Assembly (NCBI GenBank): GCA_965220015.1
Contig: OZ244798.1
Span: 2,273,422 to 2,337,421, forward strand
DNA: 64,000 nucleotides
DNA from: Chloroflexota bacterium
Lineage (GTDB): Bacteria; Chloroflexota; UBA11872; VXOZ01
Direction of reading: 5' to 3'
Each line of letters begins with the position of its first letter. Position 1 is the stretch's first letter. The position numbers were made by a program, and so were the translations under genes. Positions 55,713-64,000 of the stretch are shown one piece after another. The notes beneath the pieces are model-generated. The model saw nothing but the letters and a program-made list of their open reading frames with translations, was not told where the DNA came from and searched no databases.

Positions 55713-57155
55713 ATGCCATTTACGCGTAGTCGTATGTCACGACGACACATGCTAGCCGGCACCGGCGGGGTGCTCGGCGCAATTGCCTTGGCAGCCTGCG
55801 GCCAAGCTATGCCGGCCGAATCCGGCGAAATGCCGGAGAAGGCAGAAGAGACAGCTAAAGCCGAAGAACCGGCGCCAGCGGAGAAGGTTACTGTATCGGT
55901 TAGGTGGATCTCTAACGACCTTACCTTGGTTGAGCCATTCTACGAGAATCTCGTTGTGGCGCGATTCTACGAGAACTACGACAACATCGAGCTTGATTGG
56001 GTAGGCGACACCTACCGCGACACCATGAGCCAGCTAAATACACAGCTCGCCGCCGGTGACGCTCCCGATGTTTTCCACAACGACGGCGTCTTCTTTGCTC
56101 GCAACCGTGACGCGGGGTTCGCTCGGTCACTCACCGAATACACTAAGCGTGATGCCGGGCAGCTTGAGGGCATCCGTGGTCCGGAGTTCTTCAGCGATGA
56201 GAAGCAGGACGTCTACGGCGTCTGCATGGGCGTCGGTTGCTCGGCGTTTGCCTACAACACCGACATCTTCGACCGCATGGGCATCAACCGTCTGCCCGCC
56301 GAGGGCATCGACTGGAATCCGGGCGACGGCGGCACGTTGTTGGAAATCGCTTCCGACATTACCGCAAAGGGTGAGAATGAAGATCCCAAACTCTGGGGAT
56401 TCTTCAATAACAAGCAGATCACCTTTGACGTGCTGGGCATGTTGATCCAGAACGGCACGAACTTCCTGACCGACGACTACCGCCGTTCGCGCATACACGA
56501 GCCGGAATTTGTCGCGGTCATCCAGTTCCTTTGGGACTTGGAGTTCAAGTATCGGGTCTCGCCAAATCCCGATGATATTGCAGAATTCAATGCTAGCATT
56601 CCCGAAGGGTCCGGTTACCACGGACCTTTTGCCTGGCAACGGGCAGCCATGATGAATCTCGGCCTCGGCCAGTCCGGTTCCTGGGGTTCGCCGGAACCGG
56701 AAAAACTACCCATCGAAGCGGTGCAGTTCATCAACGGCCCGGCAAACAGCAAAGTGCCTGGCGGCGGACGTGTGGTAGAGATGTGGGGCAGCACCGAAGT
56801 GCCCGACGAAGCCTGGGAAGTGATGAAGTTCCCGTTGGTCGATCATGAGGTCCAGGTAGCGGTCTTCACGATCCTGCGTGACGGCCTGCCGGCCAATACC
56901 AATACCTGGGATGACCCACGTCTGCTGGAGAAGAGCGGTCGACCGCCACGTGAGGTTGAAGCGTATATGGCGCCGCTTAGGGAAGGCCTCGGCCAGTACT
57001 GGCAGGTCAATGGCGTATGGCTGCAATGGATCCGCGCATTCCGCGGCCAGCAGTCCCGTGCTTGGAAACAGGAAGTCACCGTCGAGGAAGCCATGCGTGA
57101 GGCAAGTAGTATAGCGCAAGCTCACCTGGACGAGTACTACGCCGACCAGGGCTAA
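55713..57155 (+). CDS. ABC transporter substrate-binding protein (family 1), Tat/lipoprotein signal, orphan; paralog of 52377-53816
   Basis: SRRHMLAGTGGVLGAIALAACG. Collinear with the 52377 gene along its whole length. Confidence 0.8.
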   Translation: MPFTRSRMSRRHMLAGTGGVLGAIALAACGQAMPAESGEMPEKAEETAKAEEPAPAEKVTVSVRWISNDLTLVEPFYENLVVARFYENYDNIELDWVGDTYRDTMSQLNTQLAAGDAPDVFHNDGVFFARNRDAGFARSLTEYTKRDAGQLEGIRGPEFFSDEKQDVYGVCMGVGCSAFAYNTDIFDRMGINRLPAEGIDWNPGDGGTLLEIASDITAKGENEDPKLWGFFNNKQITFDVLGMLIQNGTNFLTDDYRRSRIHEPEFVAVIQFLWDLEFKYRVSPNPDDIAEFNASIPEGSGYHGPFAWQRAAMMNLGLGQSGSWGSPEPEKLPIEAVQFINGPANSKVPGGGRVVEMWGSTEVPDEAWEVMKFPLVDHEVQVAVFTILRDGLPANTNTWDDPRLLEKSGRPPREVEAYMAPLREGLGQYWQVNGVWLQWIRAFRGQQSRAWKQEVTVEEAMREASSIAQAHLDEYYADQG

Positions 57156-57178
57156 GTTCCCTGCTAGATCGCATTTTG

Positions 57179-57210
57179 AACGAGGAGGGCATCCAGCGGC
57201 CCTCCTCGTT
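57179..57210 (+). terminator. Perfect 12-bp hairpin after the SBP gene (probable terminator)
   Basis: aacgaggagggc (57179-57190), loop atccagcg, then gccctcctcgtt (57199-57210), followed by tcgcatt. Confidence 0.45.
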
Positions 57211-57450
57211 TCGCATTCAGCGCCAGTCACGACTTGGGTCTACCGCTCACTCTTGCCGGGGATAACTCGACAGGATTACCCTTTAGTGGAGGCCGATTGT
57301 ACACTAAAAACGTTTGGCAGCATACAAACTATTGTGGAAACCTGCGCTATCGTAGAAGCAGAGTAGAGTAAGGCGTACTGAGCGGTGCAATTACTGAAAG
57401 CAAGCAGCTTGGCGAGTTTTCAAATAGCTTGCATGTTGCTTCAAGAATGC

Positions 57451-57515
57451 CATTCCGAGCGTAGCGACGAATCTAATCTGCACAGTATGAGTCCTAGTGT
57501 CGCTTCGCTCCATCG
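57451..57515. repeat. REP-like hairpin, family C
   Basis: cattccgagcgtagcgacgaatc ... tagtgtcgcttcgctccatcg. Inverted repeat gagcgtagcgac / gtcgcttcgctc (1 mismatch). The motif is shared with 37679-37750. Confidence 0.6.
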
Positions 57516-57634
57516 AACAACTGGCCGGGTGATATTGCTTTCACGGCTCCAATTGCAGTTCAGCCAAAGTTAGCTAGAGTAGATGCTCAGGCTGCTCTAT
57601 TGTCCTCGAACTTGACTAGAAGGAAGCTAGCGGG

Positions 57635-58348
57635 ATGACACCATTCCTCACCGCCCTCATTGCATTCGGTGCCGGAATAGCCTCTTTCCTGTCACCGTGC
57701 GTCCTGCCGCTTGTGCCGGCCTACATTGGTCATTTGGCGGGAACGAGCGTATCCGAAAGGCAAGATTCTGAAGCAACGTTGCGCACTGTCGCCCACGCCG
57801 CCTTCTTTGTGCTCGGTTTCTCCGCCGTGTTCGTGCTGCTCTGGGCTTCAATTGGCCTTGTCGGCTGGGCAATACAAGGCTACACTTTCTATCTGCGCTA
57901 CATCGGCGGCGCGATTCTCATAATCTTGGGTCTCCACGTTGCCGGTATATTTCGGCTACGTTGGCTAAATCAAGAACGGCGCGTCTACGTCGACCGCAGC
58001 CGCCCCCGCAACTTTCTCACATCTTGGCTCGTGGGCATCACGTTCGCCGCAGGGTGGACGCCCTGTGTCGGCCCAATCCTCGCCGGCATCATCGGCCTTG
58101 CTTCAACACGTGATACTGTCGGTCAGGGTTCGCTGCTCCTTGCCCTGTATTCCGCCGGCCTCGGCATTCCCTTCCTGCTGACGGCAGTCGGACTCTCGCG
58201 CGCGGTCCCAATCTTGCGTTGGATGAATCGCCATGCCCACACCGTGGAAGTGGCAAGCGGCGGACTGCTCATATTCATAGGTGTGCTCATGTTTACGAAC
58301 ACCTTCGCCCAACTCGCGCGCTACTTCACCTGGATTCCAATATTCTAA
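57635..58348 (+). CDS. ccdA: Cytochrome c biogenesis / thiol-disulfide transfer membrane protein CcdA (DsbD-family core)
   Basis: Six-TM protein with SPCVLPLVPAY and GWTPCVGPILA (the two conserved Cys-Pro motifs). Confidence 0.85.
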   Translation: MTPFLTALIAFGAGIASFLSPCVLPLVPAYIGHLAGTSVSERQDSEATLRTVAHAAFFVLGFSAVFVLLWASIGLVGWAIQGYTFYLRYIGGAILIILGLHVAGIFRLRWLNQERRVYVDRSRPRNFLTSWLVGITFAAGWTPCVGPILAGIIGLASTRDTVGQGSLLLALYSAGLGIPFLLTAVGLSRAVPILRWMNRHAHTVEVASGGLLIFIGVLMFTNTFAQLARYFTWIPIF

Positions 58349-58398
58349 GCAAGTCCAATCCGACGAGGACATTGCGGCAAGTGCGTTGCAACAATATC

Positions 58399-58424
58399 GG
58401 TAGCGCAGGTTTGAAACCTGCGCC
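58399..58424. repeat. REP-like hairpin, family D
   Basis: ggtagcgcaggtttgaaacctgcgcc. Stem gcgcaggtt (58403-58411) / aacctgcgc (58415-58423). Confidence 0.65.
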
Positions 58425-58462
58425 TGCTTGCAGTGCAGAAAGCCCCCGGTTCACCCTTCAAC

Positions 58463-58502
58463 CCTTCGACAAGCTCAGGACAGGCACGCTAAGGGCGAAC
58501 GG
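58463..58502. repeat. REP-like element, family A (reverse orientation)
   Basis: ccttcgacaagctcaggacaggcacgctaagggcgaacgg. The reverse complement ccgttcgcccttagcg...cctgtcctgagcttgtcgaagg resembles the 8351-8441 units and both arms at 47529-47590. Confidence 0.6.
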
Positions 58503-58627
58503 AAGCGAACCTCTGTGACAGAGAACGCTTCCACAATCTCCCTAGCCCCTTAAATGCACGAACGTGGAGTTTTCGCTCCACGCTCTCAGGTGTGCTCATT
58601 CTCGTGACTGCGTCTCCAGCAACGGTA

Positions 58628-61411
58628 TCACGGCACGCGATAGACCTCCGCCGCCGGTTTGACCGGGCGCGGAATCCACAGTGGACGCCGCAACGCATTC
58701 GAGCCCTCAGCGGGCCGGGTCTTCTTGAGCCATTCCAAGTAGACTTCGTGCGACTTGTTGGTATCCACGAAAACGTCACCGTAGCGGTCATCGGCTGACG
58801 CGGTTCCTACCGTGACCTTCTGATGCCAGCAATGCATGCCGCTTACTGGATCGGGATGGACCGGAAACGTCAAATTCTGATGCACCCCAGAGTCTTTCCA
58901 CCAGACGCGGTCTGAATCGGGGTCCGAGCTCTTGAATGGTCCCACGCCTTCAATCTGACGCATGAACCATTGCCCGTCCTTCACTTGCTGCAAGTCCACG
59001 TGAGCCGTCGACCAGCGCTCGCCGCCGCTCTCCTTGGAGAGACGCCAACGTCCCAAATGGTGCGAACAGGCCACAATACCGGGGCGGATGCCTTCGGTAA
59101 CCCACACCCGAATCACAAAGTATCCAACTTCAGTATTCACCCTTGCCAAGTCGCCGGTTTCAAAGCTGAGCCGCTCGGCATCTACCGGGTGCACCCACAG
59201 CGGATTGGTGTGAGAAATCTCATACAGCCACTTGGCGTTGCCGGCGCGCGTGTGAATGAGCGTGGGCAAGCGGAACGTCGGCAGCAGAACGTACTCACCC
59301 TTGCCGTGGTCGATGTTGTCTCGGTGCACGTGACTCTTGATGTACGTGGGCACGGCGTATTCCGACCACTTGAACTCGCACATCGTATCGGAAAAGAACT
59401 CCAGCTTGCGGGACGGCGTGGCAAAGCCTTCTACGGCTTTGCCGTCAACCTCCACGCCGAGCACCTCGCCGTTCTTGCGCACCTGGTGCGAAACCGGATC
59501 AACCTCCGCACCCTCAAGTTGCTCTTCAGTCAAGGGGTTTTCATGCAATGCATACGTGTCGCGCTTTACTTCGAACGCGCCGTACTTGCGCATGAACGCC
59601 AAGGGTGTAAGTTCCTCTTTCGCCGCGGCTTTGGGTAGACCAGGCACGCTATTCTCGAAAATCCACTGGTAGTATTCGCTGATGGTGAGTTTCTCGCCGG
59701 GACGGTATGGTGACTCGAAGAATTCACGCACGCCCAAGCTGCCATCGGGGTCGATGCGCCAGGATAACTCGATCCAGAACTCGTCCTCTTCCCATACCTC
59801 ACCGGGATTTGCCTCGTAAGTAAACTCGACGGCATCACCGTTCTTCTCACGCGCCACCCGCAGCACCGGTTGCCGGAACGCGATCCACGCGCCTGCCTGC
59901 GTCTCCTGGCTCATCAGGTCGTGCCGTTCAGCGCCGTTGCCCATGGGCAATACGTAGTCCGCAAACCACGCCGTCTCGCTCCAGACCGGTGTCAGCGCGG
60001 CGTGCACACCGATCTTCTCTTCGTCGCTGAGCATCTCGATCCACGAGGCGCCATCCGGGTTCGTCCAGACCGGATTGTAGACGCGGGTAAAATACGTATC
60101 TACTTTGCCGCGTCCCTCTTTGAGGAAGTGCGGCAGCAGAATGCTCATCTCGTGGTGCGCCAGCGGATACTCGCGGGGCCACAGGAGTTCGCTCCACACT
60201 TGTTGCGGCGGCGGCTTGATGTAGGGCGCGGGCGCGAACTTATTCCAACTGTTGGGGGACGTGCCGCCGCGCGTGCCGATGCTTCCGGTCAGCACGCCGA
60301 GAAACGTCAGGCAGCGTGACACCTGCCAGCCGCCCTCGTTGCCGGAAGCCGCACTGCGCCAGACGTGGCTGGCAAAGGCTGTGCCCGCTGCGGCGATCTC
60401 GCGCGCCACCGCGACGATCTGGCTAGCATCTACTCCACTCTCCTGCTCTGCAAATTCCGCTGTGTACGAGGCGTAGAACTCTTTGATGGCGGCGATAAAA
60501 TTGTCGAACGTTGCATCTACGTCAGGCTGTTCAGTGCGCATGTACTCATGCCAATTCAGCCACTTCTCCATGAAGTCACGATTGTAAAGGTCTTCCTGCA
60601 AAATGACATTCGCCATGGCAAGCAGCATTGCCGCCTCAGAACCCGGCCACGACGAAAGCCAGTAGTCTGCCCGCGAGGCCGTGTTGGAGAGCCGCGTGTC
60701 GATAACGCAAATCTTGGCGCCGGACAGTTTGCCCTCGATGATGCGCTGAGCATGGGGATTGAAGTAGTGGCCGGTCTCCAGATGAGCGCTGATCAGCAGC
60801 ATGAACCGCGAGTTTGCGTGGTCGGGCGAGGGTCGGTCCGCCCCTTGCCAGAGCGTGTATCCCAAGCGCGCGCCGGAGGAGCATACGTTTGTATGGCTGT
60901 TGTGCCCGTCCACACCCCAGGCCTGGAGCACACGGTCCATGTAGCCGTCGTGTCCGGGACGACCGACGTGGTACATCACCTCAGTGCGGCGGTCTTCCTG
61001 CAGGGCCTTGCGAATGCGCGCCGCCAGGGAATCGAGTACTTCATCCCACGTGGTACGCTCCCACTCGCCGGAGCCGCGGGGACCGGTGCGCTTCATAGGG
61101 TAGAGGATGCGCTCCGGATCATGCACTTGATTGATGGTCGCCGGACCCTTGGCACAATTCCGGCCACGGCTGCCGGGATGCGCCGGATTGCCCTCGAACT
61201 TGCGGATGCGCATGTCTTCTTTATCGACATATGCCAGCAATCCGCAAGCAGCCTCGCAGTTGAAGCACACCGTCGGGACCAACATGTAGTTCTTGGTGAC
61301 CTTCTTGGGCCAGACGTCGGGATCGTACTCTGTCCAGTCATCCCATTGCTCAACCGGTGGGTAGTTTTTAAGTTGGCCTGACTCCGGAAACTGCGGATCG
61401 AAAACTGACAT
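58628..61411 (-). CDS. Molybdopterin (bis-MGD) oxidoreductase catalytic subunit, DMSO-reductase superfamily, no Tat signal (cytoplasm-facing; SoeA-like topology)
   Basis: N-terminal FeS0 cluster motif CFNCEAACGLL...GRNCAKG. HTNVCSSGARLG (candidate Cys Mo ligand). 927 aa. The N-terminus MSVFDPQFPESGQ lacks a twin-arginine motif. Confidence 0.8.
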   Translation of the reverse strand: MSVFDPQFPESGQLKNYPPVEQWDDWTEYDPDVWPKKVTKNYMLVPTVCFNCEAACGLLAYVDKEDMRIRKFEGNPAHPGSRGRNCAKGPATINQVHDPERILYPMKRTGPRGSGEWERTTWDEVLDSLAARIRKALQEDRRTEVMYHVGRPGHDGYMDRVLQAWGVDGHNSHTNVCSSGARLGYTLWQGADRPSPDHANSRFMLLISAHLETGHYFNPHAQRIIEGKLSGAKICVIDTRLSNTASRADYWLSSWPGSEAAMLLAMANVILQEDLYNRDFMEKWLNWHEYMRTEQPDVDATFDNFIAAIKEFYASYTAEFAEQESGVDASQIVAVAREIAAAGTAFASHVWRSAASGNEGGWQVSRCLTFLGVLTGSIGTRGGTSPNSWNKFAPAPYIKPPPQQVWSELLWPREYPLAHHEMSILLPHFLKEGRGKVDTYFTRVYNPVWTNPDGASWIEMLSDEEKIGVHAALTPVWSETAWFADYVLPMGNGAERHDLMSQETQAGAWIAFRQPVLRVAREKNGDAVEFTYEANPGEVWEEDEFWIELSWRIDPDGSLGVREFFESPYRPGEKLTISEYYQWIFENSVPGLPKAAAKEELTPLAFMRKYGAFEVKRDTYALHENPLTEEQLEGAEVDPVSHQVRKNGEVLGVEVDGKAVEGFATPSRKLEFFSDTMCEFKWSEYAVPTYIKSHVHRDNIDHGKGEYVLLPTFRLPTLIHTRAGNAKWLYEISHTNPLWVHPVDAERLSFETGDLARVNTEVGYFVIRVWVTEGIRPGIVACSHHLGRWRLSKESGGERWSTAHVDLQQVKDGQWFMRQIEGVGPFKSSDPDSDRVWWKDSGVHQNLTFPVHPDPVSGMHCWHQKVTVGTASADDRYGDVFVDTNKSHEVYLEWLKKTRPAEGSNALRRPLWIPRPVKPAAEVYRVP

Positions 61412-61430
61412 TGCGCAGTGGCTCCTCTCG

Positions 61431-62981
61431 CTAGCTCAGCGGCAGCGCTTGACCGGCCTTTACCCAAACATCTTCGAAAGCCAGAAGTCCCGCGAGCGCG
61501 CAAACACCGGCCGCAGCGGCCACGAGCTCATACCCGCCAATTGCATTCGCTAAGAGCAGTGCCACCGGCACTATGTGCCCTACAAGAACAACACCGACCC
61601 AGAAGCGCTGCGAGTATTGACCGCGCAGAATCATTTGCGCGGCCTTGGATGCATCTTTCGTACCATGCGGCAGCCATAGCTCACCCACCAGGATGACGAA
61701 GAGATTGGCGACTAAACTCCAAAGAAGCACAGTATGTAGGAAACCTTCTGTCTGCTCCGTGGTTTCAACCACGAGCCCCAAAATCCCAAGGGATGCTGCA
61801 CCCGCCATCGCTGCCTGCACCAGCAGGTGCACGGGCAATGCGGGGCTCAACCAGAGGTCGCGCGCTTTCGATTGGGCAAAGATAAAGCCCGTATAGATCG
61901 CGGCCAGAATAGCCAATACGCCGCCAGGCCACCAAAGCACCTGCATCAGACCGCCAGCACCGGCGAAAGCAGCAAGAATGCTCAGACCGACGATCACGCC
62001 GAAGAACAGCAGAATAAACGTACCGATGGCAACCCATGAACGCCATTGGGGGCGAATGAGAATGGTAAAGAAGCGGTCGGGACGCTGGAGGTCCCAAACC
62101 AATAAGCCGGCCGTAATCGCCAAGAAGATCAGAGCAATAATGGGGCCTCCCCACGCCAGGAGCGGGTTATCGGTTACCAGGCCCAACGCAAGACCCGCCG
62201 CGGGCAACAGGAATGCACCAGCAGCAATAGACTTCGTCCAAATGTACGCGCTAACTTTCCAGCCCCAGGGCGACGGGTGCTCCACGTCGTACACCGTTTG
62301 CGCAGACTTGGCTACCAAGTCCTGCAATAGGTTGGTCTCTTCGATGGGGATGGCAGCGCCATTGCCATTAGCATTCGGCATTTCATTCCAGATGCCGTAA
62401 TCCTTGATGGGGGTCGCCGCCGACGGAGTGAGGGTGCTCTGGTCGGCATCGATATAGAAGAGTTTCGGTACCGTGCCTTTTTCCGGTTTACGCACTTGCA
62501 CCGGCTCACGGGAGATAAGCTTTGTAATGTAGCTCGTGGGGTCGTCCAAGTCTCCCGATACGATCGCCTGGGTCGGACAAACAACCTGGCACGATGGTTC
62601 CAATCCAACTTCCACGCGATGGGCGCAGAAGTTGCATTTTGCGGCGGTATGCGTATTGGGATCGATGTGCAGCGCATCATACGGACATGCCTGCAGGCAC
62701 GCCTTGCAGCCTATGCACTTCTCAGGGTCGAAATCCACGATGCCGTCGTGGCGCCGGTACAATGCCGTCACCGGACAAGACGGGATGCAGGGAGCATCAT
62801 CGCAGTGATTGCAGCGGAGTACCGTGAAGTGGCGGCGGTTATCGGGAAACTGGCCTGTCTCGACGTACTTCACCCACGTGCGGTAAACCCCCAAGGGCAC
62901 GTCATGCTCTGACTTGCACGCAACAGTGCACGCATGGCAACCGATGCACTTACGATTATCGATGAGAAAGCCAAATCTCAT
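61431..62981 (-). CDS. Fusion of a four-cluster [4Fe-4S] ferredoxin subunit (PsrB/NrfC/SoeB-like) with an NrfD/PsrC-type polytopic membrane quinone-interacting subunit
   Basis: N-terminal ~190 aa carry CIGCHACTVAC, CNHCDDAPC, CIGCKACLQACP and CNFCAHRV..CPT. The C-terminal ~290 aa have about 8 hydrophobic helices (SAYIWTKSIAAGAFLL...). Lies 19 nt upstream of the Mo subunit gene. Confidence 0.8.
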   Translation of the reverse strand: MRFGFLIDNRKCIGCHACTVACKSEHDVPLGVYRTWVKYVETGQFPDNRRHFTVLRCNHCDDAPCIPSCPVTALYRRHDGIVDFDPEKCIGCKACLQACPYDALHIDPNTHTAAKCNFCAHRVEVGLEPSCQVVCPTQAIVSGDLDDPTSYITKLISREPVQVRKPEKGTVPKLFYIDADQSTLTPSAATPIKDYGIWNEMPNANGNGAAIPIEETNLLQDLVAKSAQTVYDVEHPSPWGWKVSAYIWTKSIAAGAFLLPAAGLALGLVTDNPLLAWGGPIIALIFLAITAGLLVWDLQRPDRFFTILIRPQWRSWVAIGTFILLFFGVIVGLSILAAFAGAGGLMQVLWWPGGVLAILAAIYTGFIFAQSKARDLWLSPALPVHLLVQAAMAGAASLGILGLVVETTEQTEGFLHTVLLWSLVANLFVILVGELWLPHGTKDASKAAQMILRGQYSQRFWVGVVLVGHIVPVALLLANAIGGYELVAAAAGVCALAGLLAFEDVWVKAGQALPLS

Positions 62982-63201
62982 AGCTGTACCTGATCACGCT
63001 GGGGTGTCATTCTGCTGACCAATTATACAACAGTGCTTGCGGCGCTACCACCCTGAAGCCTACGCCCGGCGCCGCCAATCGGCCCGGACCGTATCCCATT
63101 CGTGCGCGGAACGCCGAGCACCCAACCGGCCGCGGTTCCGCCCTGCCCTTGACGCCTGCTATAGCTTTGCCGCAATCGCACTCGGACTCGCTCCAGCGGC
63201 T

Positions 63202-64000
63202 TCAGTCTTCCCGCTCGCAGAAGACGCGCGCGCCCGGATAGGTTTGGTCGAGCAGCGCGCGGTGAACGTGGTCGTTGACGCAACTGTTATCGGGATAGAC
63301 GACGTGCCTGTGGTGAGAGGTCTCTACCAAATAGCCGTTGCTCAGCGTCTCGGTCACCAGTTCCTCGGATTCACTGAAAGGCGTGGCCGGGTCGGTGTGG
63401 TTGCCAATCACCAGGATGGGCACGCCGCCGCCGTCCAGAGGCACAGCGAGCGGCTCAGGCGCGAACTGGTCGTAGAACGGGCAGGCGCTTGGGATCGACT
63501 GATTCGCCGCCGCAATCAGAGGCAGTCTTGTTGCGACGAGGGCGTCGAAGAGCGTCGCGTCCGCCAAATGCGTCGCGCGGTCCAATTCCGGTTGCAGCGA
63601 CAGGCCGTCCAGGCAATTGACGTGTTCGGTGAAGCTCGCCGCGGTAGGATCTTCGCCCAGTTGCACCTCGGCGAGGGCGAGCAGAATGCTCGGGTCGTCG
63701 TTCTCATTTAGTTCGAACAAGCTTGCCCAGAGAATAGGCCAGTAATCTTCGCTATACAGCGGCGTTACCACGCCGACGAAGCCGGCCGCGGCATTACCCC
63801 CCGCCGCCTCATTCACCAGGGGCAGCTTCTCGACTGCGCGCTTATAGTAGCCAATCGGGTCGCCATCGTTGTATATCGGACACTCGGCATCGTCACACGC
63901 CAAGAGCGCCTGTTCGAGCAGCGTCTCGAACGTCGAGATTTCCTCGATGCTCTGGTTCACGCGTTCCTCCTGGCTAGCGGCTTCGTCAACCGGATTGTCG
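63202..64000 (-). CDS. Alpha/beta hydrolase, TAP-like (S33 tripeptidyl-aminopeptidase-type) C-terminal region; 5' end outside the window
   Basis: VPILVIGNHTDPATPFSESEELV...HHRHVVY resembles the TAP-like C-terminal domain. The frame stays open upstream of the GTG at 63960 to the window edge, so the gene is probably partial. Confidence 0.6.
   Translation of the reverse strand, partial: DNPVDEAASQEERVNQSIEEISTFETLLEQALLACDDAECPIYNDGDPIGYYKRAVEKLPLVNEAAGGNAAAGFVGVVTPLYSEDYWPILWASLFELNENDDPSILLALAEVQLGEDPTAASFTEHVNCLDGLSLQPELDRATHLADATLFDALVATRLPLIAAANQSIPSACPFYDQFAPEPLAVPLDGGGVPILVIGNHTDPATPFSESEELVTETLSNGYLVETSHHRHVVYPDNSCVNDHVHRALLDQTYPGARVFCERED

Noticed and set aside
63022-63027. TATAAT hexamer on the minus strand about 40 nt upstream of the FeS/NrfD gene start, as a promoter -10.
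   Set aside because: No acceptable -35 at 16-19 nt and no proper extended -10 spacing. It is plausible, but a single hexamer is insufficient evidence.

Overview
High-GC bacterial chromosomal segment with dense coding, many Tat/lipobox-signal secreted proteins and several families of small palindromic repeats. The style resembles Chloroflexota-type genomes, but I cannot verify this without a search. Main content, in order:
- A partial Gfo/Idh/MocA oxidoreductase, an M16 zinc peptidase, a lone Xer-like tyrosine recombinase, a dienelactone hydrolase and an orphan ABC substrate-binding protein (SBP).
- A minus-strand string: 23S rRNA (interrupted by a group I intron that encodes a LAGLIDADG homing endonuclease), 5S rRNA, an Smr-domain gene, hicA (frameshifted)/hicB, and a YprB-like exonuclease. 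No 16S gene is linked to this operon.
- A co-directional block of secreted proteins with eukaryote-like domains: a 14-repeat RCC1 protein, three vWA lipoproteins (two of them tandem paralogs) and an FN3 protein. The block ends at tRNA-Ala(GGC).
- A phosphodiesterase-GT2-coiled-coil fusion with an NTase-fold partner, then RidA, TlyA, a PrsW-NHL fusion protease, a PHP/CehA-type hydrolase, a CrtI-like oxidoreductase, another SBP and a methyltransferase.
- A complete N-methylglutamate (methylamine) pathway cluster: mgsABC, a four-subunit sarcosine-oxidase-like dehydrogenase and gmaS. Repeat elements are embedded in-frame in two of its genes.
- An M14-like protein with QxxE in place of HxxE.
- Two paralogous SBPs flanking a leaderless S8 subtilase whose triad reads Glu-His-Cys.
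- ccdA, a cytoplasm-facing molybdopterin oxidoreductase with a fused FeS/NrfD partner (SoeABC-like topology), and a partial TAP-like hydrolase.

I saw no CRISPR array or transposase. All functional calls rest on motif recognition by eye. No database searches were run.
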